Of a stretch of 64,000 bases of DNA, positions 41,532 through 56,499 are shown in pieces (position 1 is the first letter of the stretch; each line of letters opens with the position of its first letter). The notes below the pieces were generated by a model, which saw only the letters and a program-made list of their open reading frames with translations, was not told the origin of the DNA and made no database searches. The translations under genes and the position numbers were made by a program. The stretch lies in assembly GCF_009914755.1 (NCBI RefSeq), contig NC_060944.1. One strand, 5' to 3'. This stretch comes from the human T2T-CHM13v2.0 reference genome, Homo sapiens.

Positions 41532-41741
41532 TTTAAATTATACTTTAAGTTGTGGGGTACATGTGCAGAACGTGCAGTTTTGTTACATAGGTATACACGT
41601 GCCATGGTGGTTTGCTGCACCCATCAACCCGTCACTTATATTAGGTATTTCTCCTAGTGCTGTCCCTCCCCAAACTCTCCCACCACCTGACCGGCCCCGG
41701 TGTGTGATGTTTCCCTCCCTGTGTGCATGTGTTCTCATTGT

Positions 41742-44700
41742 TCAGCTCCCACTTATGAGTAAGAATATGTGGTGTTTGGTTTTCTGTTCTTGTGTTAGTT
41801 TGCTGAGAATGATTTCCAGCTTCACGCATGGCCTTGCAAAGGACATGAACTCATCCTTTTTTATAGCTGCATAGTATTTCGTGTATATGTGCCACATTTT
41901 CTTTATCCAGTCTATCATTGATGGACATTAGGGTTGGTTCCAAGTCTTTGCTATTGTGAATAGTGCCACAATAAACATACGTGTACATGTGTCTTAATAG
42001 TAGAATTATTTATAATCTTTTTGGTATATACTCAGTAATGGGATTGCTGGGTCAAATGTTACTTCTCCTTCTATATCCTTCAGGAATCGCCACACTGTCT
42101 TCCACAATGGGTGAACTAATTTACACTCCCACTAACAGTGTAAAAGCATTCCTATTTCTCCACATTCTCCCCAGCATCTGTTGTTTCCTGACTTTTTAAT
42201 GATTGTCATTCTAACTGGCGTGAGATGGTATTTCATTGCGGTTTTGATTTGCATTTCTGTGATGACCAGTGATGATGAGCATTTTTTCATATGTTTGTTG
42301 GCTGCATAAATGTCATCTTTTGAGAAGTTGCTGTTCATATCCTTTGCCCACTTTTTGATGGGGTTGTTTTTTTTCTTATAAACGTGTTTAAGTTATTTGT
42401 CGTTTCTGGATATTAGCCCTTTGTCAGATGGATAGATGGCAAAAATTTTCTCCCATTCTGTAGGTTGTCTGTTCATGCTGATGACAGTTTCTTTTGCTGT
42501 GCAGAAGCTCTTTGTTTTGATGTGCTGCTGGTTCCCATTTGTCAATTTTGGCTTGTGTTGCCATTGCTTTTGGTGTTTTAGACATGAAGTCTTTGCCCAT
42601 GTCTATGTCCTGAGTGGTATTGCCAAGGTTTTCTTTAGGATTTTTATGGTTTTAGGTCTTAGGTTTCAGTCTTTAATCCATCTTGAGTGGATTTTTGTAT
42701 AAGGTATAAGGAAGGGGTCCAATTTCAATTTTTTTTGCATGTGGCTAGCTAGTTTTCCCAACAGCATTTATTAAATAGGGAATCTTTTCCCCATTGCTTG
42801 TGTCAGGTTTGTCAAAGATCAGATGGTTGTAGATGTGTGGTGTTATTTCTGAGGACTCTGTTCTGTTCCATTGGTCTATATCTCTGTTTTGGTACCAGTA
42901 CCATGCTGTTTTTGTTACTGTAGTCTTGTAGTATAGTTTGAAGTCAGGCAGCGTGATGCCTCCAGCTTTGTTCTTTTTGCTTAGGATTGTCTTGGCTATG
43001 CAGGCTCTTTTTTGATTCCATATGAAGTTTAAAGTAGTTGTTTCTAATTCTGTGAAAAAAGTCAATGGTAGCTTGATGGGGGTAATATTGAATCTATAAA
43101 TTGCTTTGGGCAGTATGTCCATTTTCATGATATTGATTCTTCCTATCCATGAGCATGGAATGTTTTTCCATTTGTTTGTGTTCTCTTATTTCCTTGAGCA
43201 GTGTTTGTATTTTTCCTGGAAGAGGTCCTCCACATTCCTTGTAAGTTGTATTCCTAGGTATTTTATTCTCTTACTAGCAATTGTGAATGGGATTTCATTC
43301 ATGATTTGGCACTCTGTCTGTTATTGGTGTATAGGAATGCTTGTGATTTTTGCACACTGATTTTTGTATCCTGAGATTCTGAAGTTGCTTATCAGCTTAA
43401 GGAGATTTTGGACTGAGGTGATGGGGTTTTCTAAATATACAATCATGTCATCTGCAAACAGACAATTTGACTTCTTCTCTTTCTGTTTGAATATGCTTTA
43501 TTTCTTTCTCTTGCCTGATTGCACTGGCTAGAATGTCCAATACTATGTTGAGTAAGAGTGGTGAGAGAGGGCAGCATTGTTTTGTGACAGTTTTCAAAGG
43601 GAATGATTCTGGCTTTTGCCCATTCAGTAGGATATTGGCTGTGGGTTTGTCATAAATAGCTCTTATTTTGAGATATGTTCCATTGATACCTAGTTTATTG
43701 AGAGTTTTTAGCATGAAGGGGTGTTGAATTTTGTTGAAGGCCTTTTCTGCATCTATTGAATCACGTGGTCTTTGTCATTGGTTCTGTTTATGTGATGGAT
43801 TACAGTTATTGATTTGCATATGTTGAACTAGGCTTGCAACCCAGGTGCGAAGCTGCCTTGATCATGGTGGATAAGCTTTTTGATGTGCTGCTGGATTCGG
43901 TTTGCCAGTATTTTATAGAGGATTTTCACATCAATGTTCATCAGGGATATTGGCCTGAAATTTTCTTTTTTTGTTGTGTCCCTGCCAGGTTTTGGTATTA
44001 AGATGGTGCTGGCCTCATAAAATGAGTTAGGGAGGATTCCCTCTTTTTCTATTGTTTGGAATAGTTTCAGAGAGATTTGTATCAGCTCCTCTTTATACCT
44101 CTGGTAGAATTCAGCTGTGAATCCATCTGTTCCTGGACTTTTTTTGGTTGGTAGGCTATTAATTACTGCCTCAATTTCAGAACTTGTTATTGGTCTATTC
44201 AGGGATTTGACTTCTTCCTGGTTTAGACCTGGGAGGGTGTATGTGTCTAGGAATTTTTCCATTTCTTCTAGATTTTCTAGTTTATTTGCATAGCGATGTT
44301 TATAGCATTCTCTGATGGTAGTTTGTATTTCTGTGGGATCAGTGGTGATATCCCATATATCATTTTTTATTTTGTCTATTTGGTTCTTCTCTATTCTTCT
44401 TTATTAGTCTGGCTGGCAGTCTGTCTATTTTGTTGATCTTTTCAAAAAAACCAGCTCCTGGATTTATTGATTTTTGTGAAGGGCTTTTCATGTCTCTATC
44501 TCCTTCAGTTCTGCTCTGATCTTAGTTATTTCTTGCTGTTTGCTAGCTTTTGAATTTGTTTGCTCTTGCTTCTCTAGTTCTTTTAATTGTGATGTTAGGG
44601 AGTCGATTTTAGATCTTTCCTGCTTTCTCTTGTGGGCATTTAGTGCTATAAATTTCCCTCTACACGCTGCTTTAAATATGTCCCAGAGATTCTGGTACAT

Positions 44701-45541
44701 TGTATCTTTCTTTTCATTGGTTTCAAAGAACATCTTTATTTCTGCCTTCATTTCGTCATTTACCCAATAGTCATTCAGGAGCAGGTTGTTTAGTTTCCGT
44801 GTAGTTGTGTGGTTTTGAGTGAGTTTCTTAATCCTGAGTTCTAATTTGATTGCACTGTATTCTGAGAGACTGTTTGTTACGATTTCTGTTCTTTTGCATT
44901 TGCCAAGGAGTGGTTTACTTCCAATTATGTAGTCAGTTTTAGAATCAGTGTGATGAGGTGCTGAGAAGAATGTATATTCCGTTGATTTGGGGTGGAGGGT
45001 TCCATAGATGTCTATTAGGGCCACTTGGTCCAGAGCTGAGCTCAAGTCCTGAATATCCTTGTTAATTTTCTGTCTTGATGATCTAATATGCAGAGTGAGG
45101 TGTTAAAGTCTCCCACTACTATTGTGTGGGAGTCTAAGTCTCTTTGTAGGTTTCTAAGTACTTGCTTTATGAATCTGGGTTCTCCTCTACTAGGTGAATA
45201 TATATTTAGGATAGTTAGCTCTTCTTGATGCATTGATCCCTTTACCATTATGTAATGCCCTTGTTCATCTCTTTTGATCTTTGTTGGTTTAAAATCTGTT
45301 TTATCAGAGATTAGGATTGCAACTCCTGCTTTTTTTTTTTCTTGCCATTTGCTTGGTATATATTCCATCCTCCCTTTACTTTGAGCCTATGTGTGCCTCT
45401 ACATGAGACAGGTCTCCTGAATACAGCACACTAATGGGTCTTGACTCTTTATCCAATTTGCCAGTCTGGGTCTTTTAATTGGGGCATTTAGCCCATTTAC
45501 ATTTAAGGTTAATATTGTTATGTGTGAATTTGATCCCCCAT
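41742..45541 (-). pseudogene. LINE-1 ORF2 (endonuclease/reverse transcriptase), frameshifted
   Basis: Track fragments: KKAGVAILISDK..GDFNT (EN), [27 protein letters not shown] (RT), [15 protein letters not shown]-terminal NRCWGECGE. Confidence 0.93.
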
Positions 45542-45607
45542 TAGGATGCTAGCTAATTGTTTTGCCCGTTAGTTGATGCAGTTTCTTCATAGTGTCTTCA
45601 ATGTTCT

Positions 45608-48406
<2,799 letters not shown>

Positions 48407-49718
48407 CTTTGTGGATTTATCTACCTTTGGTTTTTGATCTTCTTGGTGACCTTTGGATGGAGTCTTTGAGTGGATGTGCTATTCCTTTGTTTGTTAGTTT
48501 TCCTTCTAACAGGCCCCTCTGCTGCAGGCCTGCTGGAAATTGCATGAGGACCACTCCTGACCCCGTTTGCCTGGGTATCACCAGTAGAGGCTGCAGAACA
48601 GCAAAGATTTCAGCCTCTTCTTTCCTCTGGAAGCTTCGTCCCAGAGGGGCACCTGACACATGCCAGCCAGAGCTCTCCTGTATGAGGTATCTGTCAGTGC
48701 CTGTTGGGAGGTGTCACCCAGTCAGGATACATGGTGGTCAAGAACCCACTTGAGGAGGCAGTCTGACCCTTATCAGAGCTCAAACGCTGTGCTGGGAGGT
48801 TTGCTGCTCTCTTCAGAGCCGTCAGGCAGGGACGTTTAAACCTGCTATAGCTGCACCCACAGCCACCCCTTACCCCAAGTGCTCTGTCCCAGGTAAATGG
48901 GGGCTTTATCTATAAGTCCCTAACTGGGGCTGCTGCCTTTTTTTCAGAGATGCCCTGCCCAGAGAGGACAAATCTGTCAGTCCAGCCACAGCAGCCTTGC
49001 TGAGCTGCAGTGGGCTCCGCCCAGTTCGAACTTCCTGGTGGCTTTATTTACACTGTGAGCATAAAGCCGCATACTCAAGCCTCAGTAATGGTGGACACCC
49101 CTCCCCACACCAAGCTTGAGTGTCCCAGGTCAATCTCAGACTGCTGCTGTGCTGGCAGTGAGAATTTCAACCCAGTGGATCTTAGTTTGCTGGGCTCCAT
49201 GGAGGTGGGACCTGCCGAATGAGACTGCTTGGCTCCCTGGCTTCAGCACCCCTTTCCAGGGAAGTGAATGGTTCTGTCTCACTGGCATTCCAGCTGCCAC
49301 TGAGGTATGGAGAGAAGAAAAAAAAAAAAAAAGACTTCTGCAGCTAGTTCAGTGTCTGCCCAAATGGCCACACAGTTTTGTGCTTGAAACTTGGGGACCT
49401 GGTGGGGTAGGCACCACAGGGAATCTCCTGGTCTTGAGGGTATGAAGACCATGGGACAATCGCAGTATCTGGGCAGGAGTCCCCAGTTCCTCAGGCTCGG
49501 TCCCTCACAGCTTCCCTTGGGTAGGGGAGAAAATTCCCCAACCCCTTGCACTTCCCTGATTTGACTCACCCTCCATGGGCTGCACCCACTGTCCAACCAG
49601 TCCCAATGAGATGAACCAGGTACCTCAGTTGGAAATGCAGAAATCACCTGTCTTCTGTGTCTGTCTCACTAGGAGCTGCAGACAAGAGCTGTTCCTATTT
49701 GGCCATCTTGATCTCAAA

Positions 49719-50425
49719 CCTGTTTCTGGACTTTTTAATGATTGCCATTTTAACTGGTGTGAGATGGTATCTCATTGTGGTTTCTATTTGCATTTCTGTA
49801 TTGGCCAGGGATGATGAGCTTTTTTTCATGTTTGTTGGCTGCATAAATGTCTTCTTTTGAGGAGTATCTGTTCATATCCTTTGCCCACTTTTTGATGGGG
49901 TTGGTTTTTTCTTGTAAATTTAAGTTCTTTGTAGTTTCTAGATATCAGCCCTTTGTCAGATGGATAGATTGCAAAAATTTTCTCCCATTCTGTAGGTTGC
50001 CTTTTCACTCTGATAGTTTCTTTTGCTGTGCAGAAGCTCTTTAGTTTAATTAGATCCCATTTGTCAATTTTGGCTTTTTGTTGCCATTGCTTCTGGTGTT
50101 GTAGGCACGAAGTCTTTGCCCATGCCTATGTCCTGAATGGTATTGCCCAGGTTTTCTTCTAGGATTTTTATGATTTTAGGACTTATGTTTAAATCTTTAA
50201 TCCTTCTTGAGTTGATTTTTGTATAAGGTATAAGGAAGGGGTCCAGTTTCAGTTTTTTTACATATGGCAAGCCAGTTTTCCCAACATTTATTAAATAGGG
50301 AATCCTTTCCTCATTGCTTGTTTTTGTGAGGTTTGTCAAAGATCAGATGGCTGTAGATATGTGGTGGTATTTCTGAGGCCTGTGTTCTGTTCCATAGGTC
50401 TATATCTCTGTTTTGGTACCAGCAG
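49719..50425 (-). mobile_element. Extra L1PA ORF2 segment directly upstream of the full-length L1 5'UTR
   Basis: Homologous to 42180-42900; lies inside the 18-bp TSD AATAGCTAAAACAATCTT (41514-41531, 50426-50443). Confidence 0.9.
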
Positions 50426-51138
50426 AATAGCTAAAACAATCTTGAGAAAGTAGAGCAAAACTGAAATCATCACACTTACTGGTTTTTATTTAGAAATTAC
50501 ACATCTACACTAATTAAAATAGTATAGTACTGGCATAAAAACAAATAGACCATTGGAATAGACTTTATAGGCACACTTACACATACAGAGTAACTTATTT
50601 TAAACAAGAGACAAGAATACATCAGAAAAGGATAATCTTTTCAACAAAGGGTTTTGGAAAACTGGAAATACACACACATAAATAGAATTGGAATTTTATG
50701 TTACACTATACAAAAAAAAAATCACATCAAAATTGGTTAAAACCTAAGACCATAAATCCCCTAGAAGAAAACATAGGAGGATAGCTTCATGACATTGGTC
50801 TTGGCAATTAATTGATGGGTATGACAGTAAAAGCACAGGCAATTAGAGCAAATATAGACAAGTGGGACCACATCAAACTTAAAAAGCTTCTATATGGCAA
50901 AGAAAATAGTAGAGTGAAAAAAGCAATCTACAGAATGGGAGATATTTTCAACTTACATCTCCAAAGGGATTAATTTCCAAAATTTTTAAGGAACTCCTAC
51001 AATCAATTTGATAGCAACAACCCAACAACCAAACAACCTGGTTGAAAAAAAGGAGAAAGGACTTGAATAGGCATTTCTCCAAAATGGCCAATAGGTATAG
51101 GAAAAAGTGGCCAACATCACATCATCAGAGAAATGCAA
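50426..51138 (+). mobile_element. Old L1M inverted part, right piece
   Basis: Continues ORF2 sense sequence from 41531 (CTAGAAGAAAACATAGG, GACAAGTGGGACCACATCAAACT) to CATCAGAGAAATGCAA. Confidence 0.85.
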
Positions 51139-51961
51139 TTTGAAGTTGCCCTTTTAAGAATGGCTGACTCAATAGATGTCCTACACATAAGACTGTGGCA
51201 ATTTAAAAATGACGGAAGCAGTCAGCTTGCTATCATCTTGATCTACACAACACCAAATTACTGGCTTGAGTTTGTTGTGCCTTATTTTTGTTTTGTTTTG
51301 TTTGTTTTGTCCTTGTTTAAGTAAAATCAACTAGATATCTTAACCTTCTACAAACCCAGGCTGAACAACAGGGATGACTTAGAAATCTTAATACAAGAAA
51401 AGTGATTAAGGGCAGGGATACAATGTATTATTATTCCAACATGTAGGGGCATCAGTATAGTGGTACAATGATTTTCCAACAACCTAAAAGCCAGCCATAA
51501 ATCAAAGAGTGGATATTTTTTATTGCCTGTGAAATGGTCACCAAACATAATACATTTCATAAACAATTACCTCTTTTTTTGGTTTTCATTTGATAAAATT
51601 GTTGCTTAAAAATGTTTGGTTCAAAATTAACTTTTAAGTGTCTTAATTTTATAATTATGGTGCCAAATAATCAGAATTAGTAGAATAAAAATTGGATCAT
51701 AAAAAATAGAAACTCTAATAAATAAATCCTGGTATCTTTTCTATGGCTACTCTTGCTTAGCTTTTTATTGAACTTTGGGAACTTTTTCCAATTCTCAGTG
51801 ACACTTTTTAAAAAATTTTGGAACAAATCAGAATACTTGGTGTGTTAGTACAGGAACTATTTTTTAAATAGAATACATATGGAAATATAGAGATTAAGTA
51901 CTTAAAACATGTAATTATGAGTAGTTATTAGGTAACTAATTTTGATAATTATTAGAGAACT

Positions 51962-52125
51962 AATTCTCCAACCTTATTTGCATCACAATTACTTGGAGGG
52001 CTTATTAAAATGGATTTCTGGACCTCACCCCCAGCATTTCTGATTCATTAGATCTGGCATGAGGCTTGATAATTTTTAATTTCCTAGGTGGTGCTGATAC
52101 TGCTAATCCAGGGACCACTTTTGGG
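51962..52125. mobile_element. MER5A-like MITE
   Basis: CCCCAGCATTTCTGATTCATTAGATCTGG..GCTGATACTGCTAATCCAGGGACCACTTT. Confidence 0.75.
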
Positions 52126-52540
52126 GAATCACATATTAGTTTATGTTTTTGTCTATATTCTGAGGTTGTATGCTTTCTAGAGTTGATTGTGCTGTATTTT
52201 AATAAAACGTGTTATTTTCTTTTTCTTATTAAAAAATGGACAAAATCCAATGTAGCTTTTAAAAAATCTATTGTTTTTGGAAGGAAATGCTTTCTCTGAA
52301 ACAAGTAGCTGAATTATTGTGATTAGTGGCTAGATAAAACATCACACTTTTTTTTTCTTCACACAAAAGACTATATAACCAGAAGTCCTTGAAAAAAATA
52401 TATACCTGAATCTCAATATGGGAACTCACTAAAATCCTCAATGCATTACATGTTAGGATCAAGGAGGCAAATAGGTATTTTCCCTTGGCTGTTGGTTTTG
52501 TGGATAATTCTTACCAGTCATCACACGAGCTCGCCTTAGA

Positions 52541-52732
52541 ACAGGGTTGGTAAACGTTTTAAGCACTGGATAGTAAATAGTTTAGGCCTGCAGTACATGA
52601 TGTTGTAGCACAAAAGCAGAAATAGGCAATATTTACATGAATGAACATGGCCATTTTCTAATAAAAGTTGATTTGCCAAAGGAGGCAGTGGTCCAGATTT
52701 GGCCAATTAGTTGGAGTTGCAGAATTCTACCT
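52541..52732 (-). mobile_element. MER58A-like MITE
   Basis: CAGGGTTGGTAAACGTTTT..ATAGTAAATAGTTTAGGC..ATGAATGAACATGGCCATTTTCTAATAAAA. Confidence 0.7.
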
Positions 52733-52879
52733 TAGAGTAAGATACTCTCCTCTCAAACACCTGGTATTCAATCCCAGTACCCAAACCTGGGTAGCCTTGT
52801 GAGGAGCTTTGAAAAACACCCATGCCCAAGGCTGATGCCCAGAATTCAGGTTTGGTTTGTCTGAGGTGAGGCCTGAGTG

Positions 52880-53530
52880 TCTGTGTATCCCGGGCTTCCT
52901 GATCTAGGAAACTCCATGCTGGTTAATGCCTCAGGGCCAGAGGAAGAGGTACAAAAACTCGCTTGGTGCCGACCGAAGACTTCTCTAGGAGGAAGTGCTA
53001 TATTTTATACAAGTTAACTTCCTCTTGATTGCTGGAGAGACTGATGCACCTTTGGTCTTCCTCTCCTGCTAGAACACACCGCACATAGCGATGCCAGTGG
53101 GAGAAGCAGCTCAACAGCAAATGAGAAACTCTAACCAGGGTCCCCGACCTCACAATTTTCAACTAGAGGCTTATCCTTAAAACTACTATTAAGGTGCCTA
53201 CTGCATCTTTATATGTAGTAAATATTCCCCGACAGGAATCACAGGGGCTCTTAGTGCCAGGCTTCTCAAAATGTATTACCCAGGGATCATGCTGAAATGC
53301 AGGCTCTAATTCAGTAGTTTTGAGTGGGGCCCACCATTTTGTATTTCTAACAAGCTGCAACACGTCGCTGATGCGTCTAGTTTGTAGACCGTGCTTCGAG
53401 AGGTGGTCTTAGTAGACGGTCACTGAATTTGCTCTGGAGAATGACTACTAGGACCTTGAGATGCCGCCTACCCGACGTTCTACAAGGTATATTTGAGCAT
53501 ACCACAACCCTGTATTCAAGGCAGCGTGTC
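52880..53530. promoter_or_regulatory. Candidate enhancer/promoter (local CpG enrichment, ETS/PU.1 motifs)
   Basis: About 18 CpGs in 650 bp of non-Alu DNA; inverted GAGGAAGTG (52989-52997) and AACTTCCTC (53016-53024). Confidence 0.45.
53258..53408. mobile_element. MER5A-like MITE
   Basis: GCTGAAATGCAGGCTCTAATTCAGTAG..GTATTTCTAACAAGCT. Confidence 0.7.
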
Positions 53531-53904
53531 ACAAATACACCTGCCACAAGTGGTGAAAACCCACAACATTTGATTTTTTTTTTTTTTGTACTGAGGTAGT
53601 TAACAAGAAGACAGGCAAAACAATTTTATTTATGTAAAGCATTTCACAATAATTTGTAAACAGTCAACAATGATGAATGAGGTTGTGTGAGATAAAATGG
53701 TTTTTTCCATATCATACTGTATTGCTCAAGCCCACATGCATCTCTGTTTTTGCTGAACGTTCACAATCAGCGGACATTTTTGCCAGTGCAACATGATGAG
53801 ACTGTCCTTGTTTCTTAGGTGGGAGGCTTGAGTCCTTAACAAGACCATACATCCTTCTATGGTGAAGTCTGTATAGATTTTGTGGAAGAAAAAAATTGGC
53901 TTTG

Positions 53905-54470
53905 TAGCTGTGTGTTGTCTCTCAGTTGCTGTGCCTCAGGAGTGTTCAGGCATTGCTTACCCGGGTCCTCTGTTCTGAGGTCTCCCCAGGCTGTGTTTCA
54001 GATGTTGGCCTGAGCTGCAGCCTCACCAGAGGCCTGACTGAGAAATGATCTGCTTCCAAGCTCCTTTAGGTTGTTGGCAGAATTTATCTTGTGGCTGTAG
54101 GAATAGAGTTTTTATTTTATTTTTTAATAATCCACCAATGGTCATCTCAGATCTACAGCTCATAGGCCATCCAAAATGTCTTGTCATGTGGGCTTCCTCA
54201 ACACAATGGTTCCCTTCATCAAGCCAACAAAGAGACTCTTTTGCTCCAGTCTGATAAGATGGAATCTGCTGCAATGTATTCTAATCAAGGAGTAACATCC
54301 CATCACCTTTGCCATATAATGGAATCTAATCAACAGAGCAGAGCAATATATCATGATATTTACCATGTATTGGAAACATGTCAACGGTTTCACTGATTCT
54401 CAAGGGAATCAGAGTGTGGATGCTAGGAGAAGGAGATTCCTGGGGGATCACCCTAGGGTTTTTTGACCAT
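53905..54470 (-). mobile_element. MaLR LTR (MLT1D-like)
   Basis: ATCTGCTTCCAAGCTCCTTTAGGTTGTTGGCAGAATT; CATCCCATCACCTTTGCCATAT. Confidence 0.7.
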
Positions 54471-55118
54471 AGATGATAAAAGGTTTGGCTTTCTGTATTT
54501 CAAACAAGCAAGTAACTGAACCATTTCTGGTTCATTTGATACCTATGTATAAAATGGGCACAAACACAAAGCCTTATTCATGAGGCTGATAAGAAACAAA
54601 ATGAGATACCATGTGGTATCATCATAAAGTTTTATATCAATATTATAACTTTTATGTTTCCTATACATTTCAAAGCTAAGAAGATAGTAAAAGTTGATAA
54701 ACTTTCAAATTAATAAAATAATTCCATTCCACCTTTTAATCATAGATCACAGGATGGCCAACTGCAGAGTTTTCAGAACATCATTTTCAGTACTACCAGT
54801 TGGGTTAAACCTCACAATGCATAAAATAATGGAATAGTGATTAAGAATGTTGGTTGTAGGATTTCTTCTTCCAGTATGCCAGGGAAGCTCCTTTCAGTTT
54901 ACCCTTCTTCATATAACTATCTATTCTGAAAAAATACAAAAACAACCAACTGGAGACACTGGAGAGTGAACCAAAGCCGGCTGGAACTGGCAGGGAGAAG
55001 GGAGTAGACTGGGTGAGTTTCCCATTATTTAGTGGTTTTGTTTGTTTTTTATCCTGAGGGCATGCCCTGTCTGCCCTATGCAGGAAAGTTAAAACTATGA
55101 TATAAAACCTTCAATCTT

Positions 55119-55417
<299 letters not shown>

Positions 55418-55998
55418 TCCCTGCTGCCTTGCTGGCAGGAATATTAAGAGACTAGGGAAAGAGGCAATCAGAGCTGTTAAAAAGTGAAATGGTGGAAATA
55501 CCAGAAAGGAAAAAGCCCGAGAGAAGGAGCACAAAATTCTACCCATCAGCTCTCCCCAGATCACTGGCTGACTCCACAAACACGTGCGACCGTGTCCAGT
55601 CAGCCCATCTAAGGCCAGAAAAAAGTGAACTGAAATGCAAACTGCCACCCAAAGCAGGGGAGACTGAATTTTGTGATTTGAATTCAGCCAATTTAAATAA
55701 ATATATAAATAAATTATCTTCAGTGGAGCAAAAAATGTAAAGTTTCTATAGCATACTTTTTACAATGTCAAGTATAAAGTCTTAATTATTTGATATTATG
55801 AAAAAAAAAATGACTTACCCTCAACAGAAAAGGCAATAAATGGAGACAAATCCTAAATTGATCCAATATTGGAATTAGCAGACAAAGATTTTTTAATAAC
55901 TCTGAAAACTAAGCTGAAAATCTTAAATATTCTTGCAATAAAAATAATTAAATCTTAGCAGATAAAGAGACATTAAAAATAAAAATTCTAAAATTTTA

Positions 55999-56499
<501 letters not shown>

